Below, one piece after another: positions 25,087 through 25,567 of a stretch of 25,567 bases of DNA (position 1 is its first letter; each line of letters opens with the position of its first letter). A program made the translations under genes and the position numbers. The stretch spans positions 1 through 25,567 of IMG/VR virus record IMGVR_UViG_3300006927_000070. One strand, written 5' to 3'. Below the pieces are notes generated by a model. The model was not told the DNA's origin. It saw only the letters and a program-made list of their open reading frames with translations, and searched no databases. The DNA is from a virus (taxonomy: Duplodnaviria > Caudoviricetes).

Positions 25087-25299
25087 ATGTCAGATTTAGA
25101 AGTATCACAATCTCAAGAATGGATCATCGCAAGACATTCTAGAATGGTGGGAAAAATATTAGATTTAGTTGAAGCATCTATACCAGAGGGAAAACAATGC
25201 GAAAAACTCAAAAAATTACTACAAGTTCCCTTATATGACTTTAGAAATGAGATGTTAAGGTTAGAAAACGGGGAAATTGATACTGATTTCGTTGAATAA
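25087..25299 (+). CDS. Hypothetical protein
   Basis: SD AGAGGAG; 70-aa helical protein. Confidence 0.7.
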   Translation: MSDLEVSQSQEWIIARHSRMVGKILDLVEASIPEGKQCEKLKKLLQVPLYDFRNEMLRLENGEIDTDFVE

Positions 25300-25330
25300 T
25301 ACCTATATTTTTTTATATTTATACTTAAAT

Positions 25331-25340
25331 TAGTATAATA
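25331..25340 (+). promoter_or_regulatory. TAGTATAATA promoter-like box 4
   Basis: In the largest intergenic gap, preceded by an AT tract, about 130 nt upstream of ATG 25470. Confidence 0.75.
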
Positions 25341-25382
25341 AAAGTGACTATAAAATTATAATGTTTTATACTTAATTGTAAA

Positions 25383-25463
25383 AAGGTCGGAGGTGGCTTA
25401 GACCAACCTTATTTAAGGTTAAACATAAGTAATTTTTTATAAATTAAACCTTAAACAAGGAGG
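25383..25463 (+). promoter_or_regulatory. Structured 5' leader with alternative hairpins
   Basis: GGTCGGAG/CTTAGACC stem; AACCTTA 25405-25411; TTTAAGGTT 25412-25420; AACCTTAAA 25447-25455; SD AAGGAGG 25457-25463. Confidence 0.55.
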
Positions 25464-25469
25464 CTATAA

Positions 25470-25567
25470 ATGGCTGATGAAATTCTAAACAGGATTGAAA
25501 AGCACATGGAAGGTACGTCATTAGGTTTGGCGGCTCTTGCAGAAGTGCTTCAGAAAATGGATGGAAG
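25470..25567 (+). CDS. 5' end of a gene truncated by the window edge, possibly capsid scaffold/head protein
   Basis: SD AAGGAGG; MADEILNRIEKHMEGTSLGLAALAEVLQKMDG is open to the edge. Function inferred from position only. Confidence 0.7.
   Translation, partial: MADEILNRIEKHMEGTSLGLAALAEVLQKMDG

Noticed and set aside
1-25567. Host assignment, tRNA genes and alternative genetic code
   Set aside because: The host cannot be supported without searches; no cloverleaf fits the few intergenic gaps; the standard code gives full-length genes using TAA, TAG and TGA stops.

Overview
AT-rich, gene-dense, all-plus-strand segment of a tailed dsDNA bacteriophage (Caudoviricetes, probably siphovirus-like). 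Order: end of a tail module (probable tape-measure end, Dit-like protein, 1153-aa hub/spike with S74 chaperone); HTH/Zn-finger regulator and phage sigma factor; replication (DnaB helicase, primase, gp32-like SSB, family A polymerase); ribosomal protein bS21; nucleotide-metabolism genes (DUF3310, MazG-like); recombination (RecA, DUF559, Cas4-like, UvsY-like, RuvC); small membrane proteins missed by the ORF track; terminase; class II ribonucleotide reductase; portal; head-associated genes and a metallophosphoesterase. Less obvious signals: an identical intergenic TAGTATAATA box four times (candidate phage-sigma late promoter, one copy giving a leaderless mRNA); no CCWGG found by eye, with all ten Pro-Gly pairs using rare codons; a ~55-aa polymerase insertion at the site of Pol theta insert 2; alternative hairpins over the last gene's SD; a 14-bp hairpin before polA; and recurrent hydrophobic-x-Lys motifs in head proteins. 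All calls come from motif recognition by eye; no searches were run.
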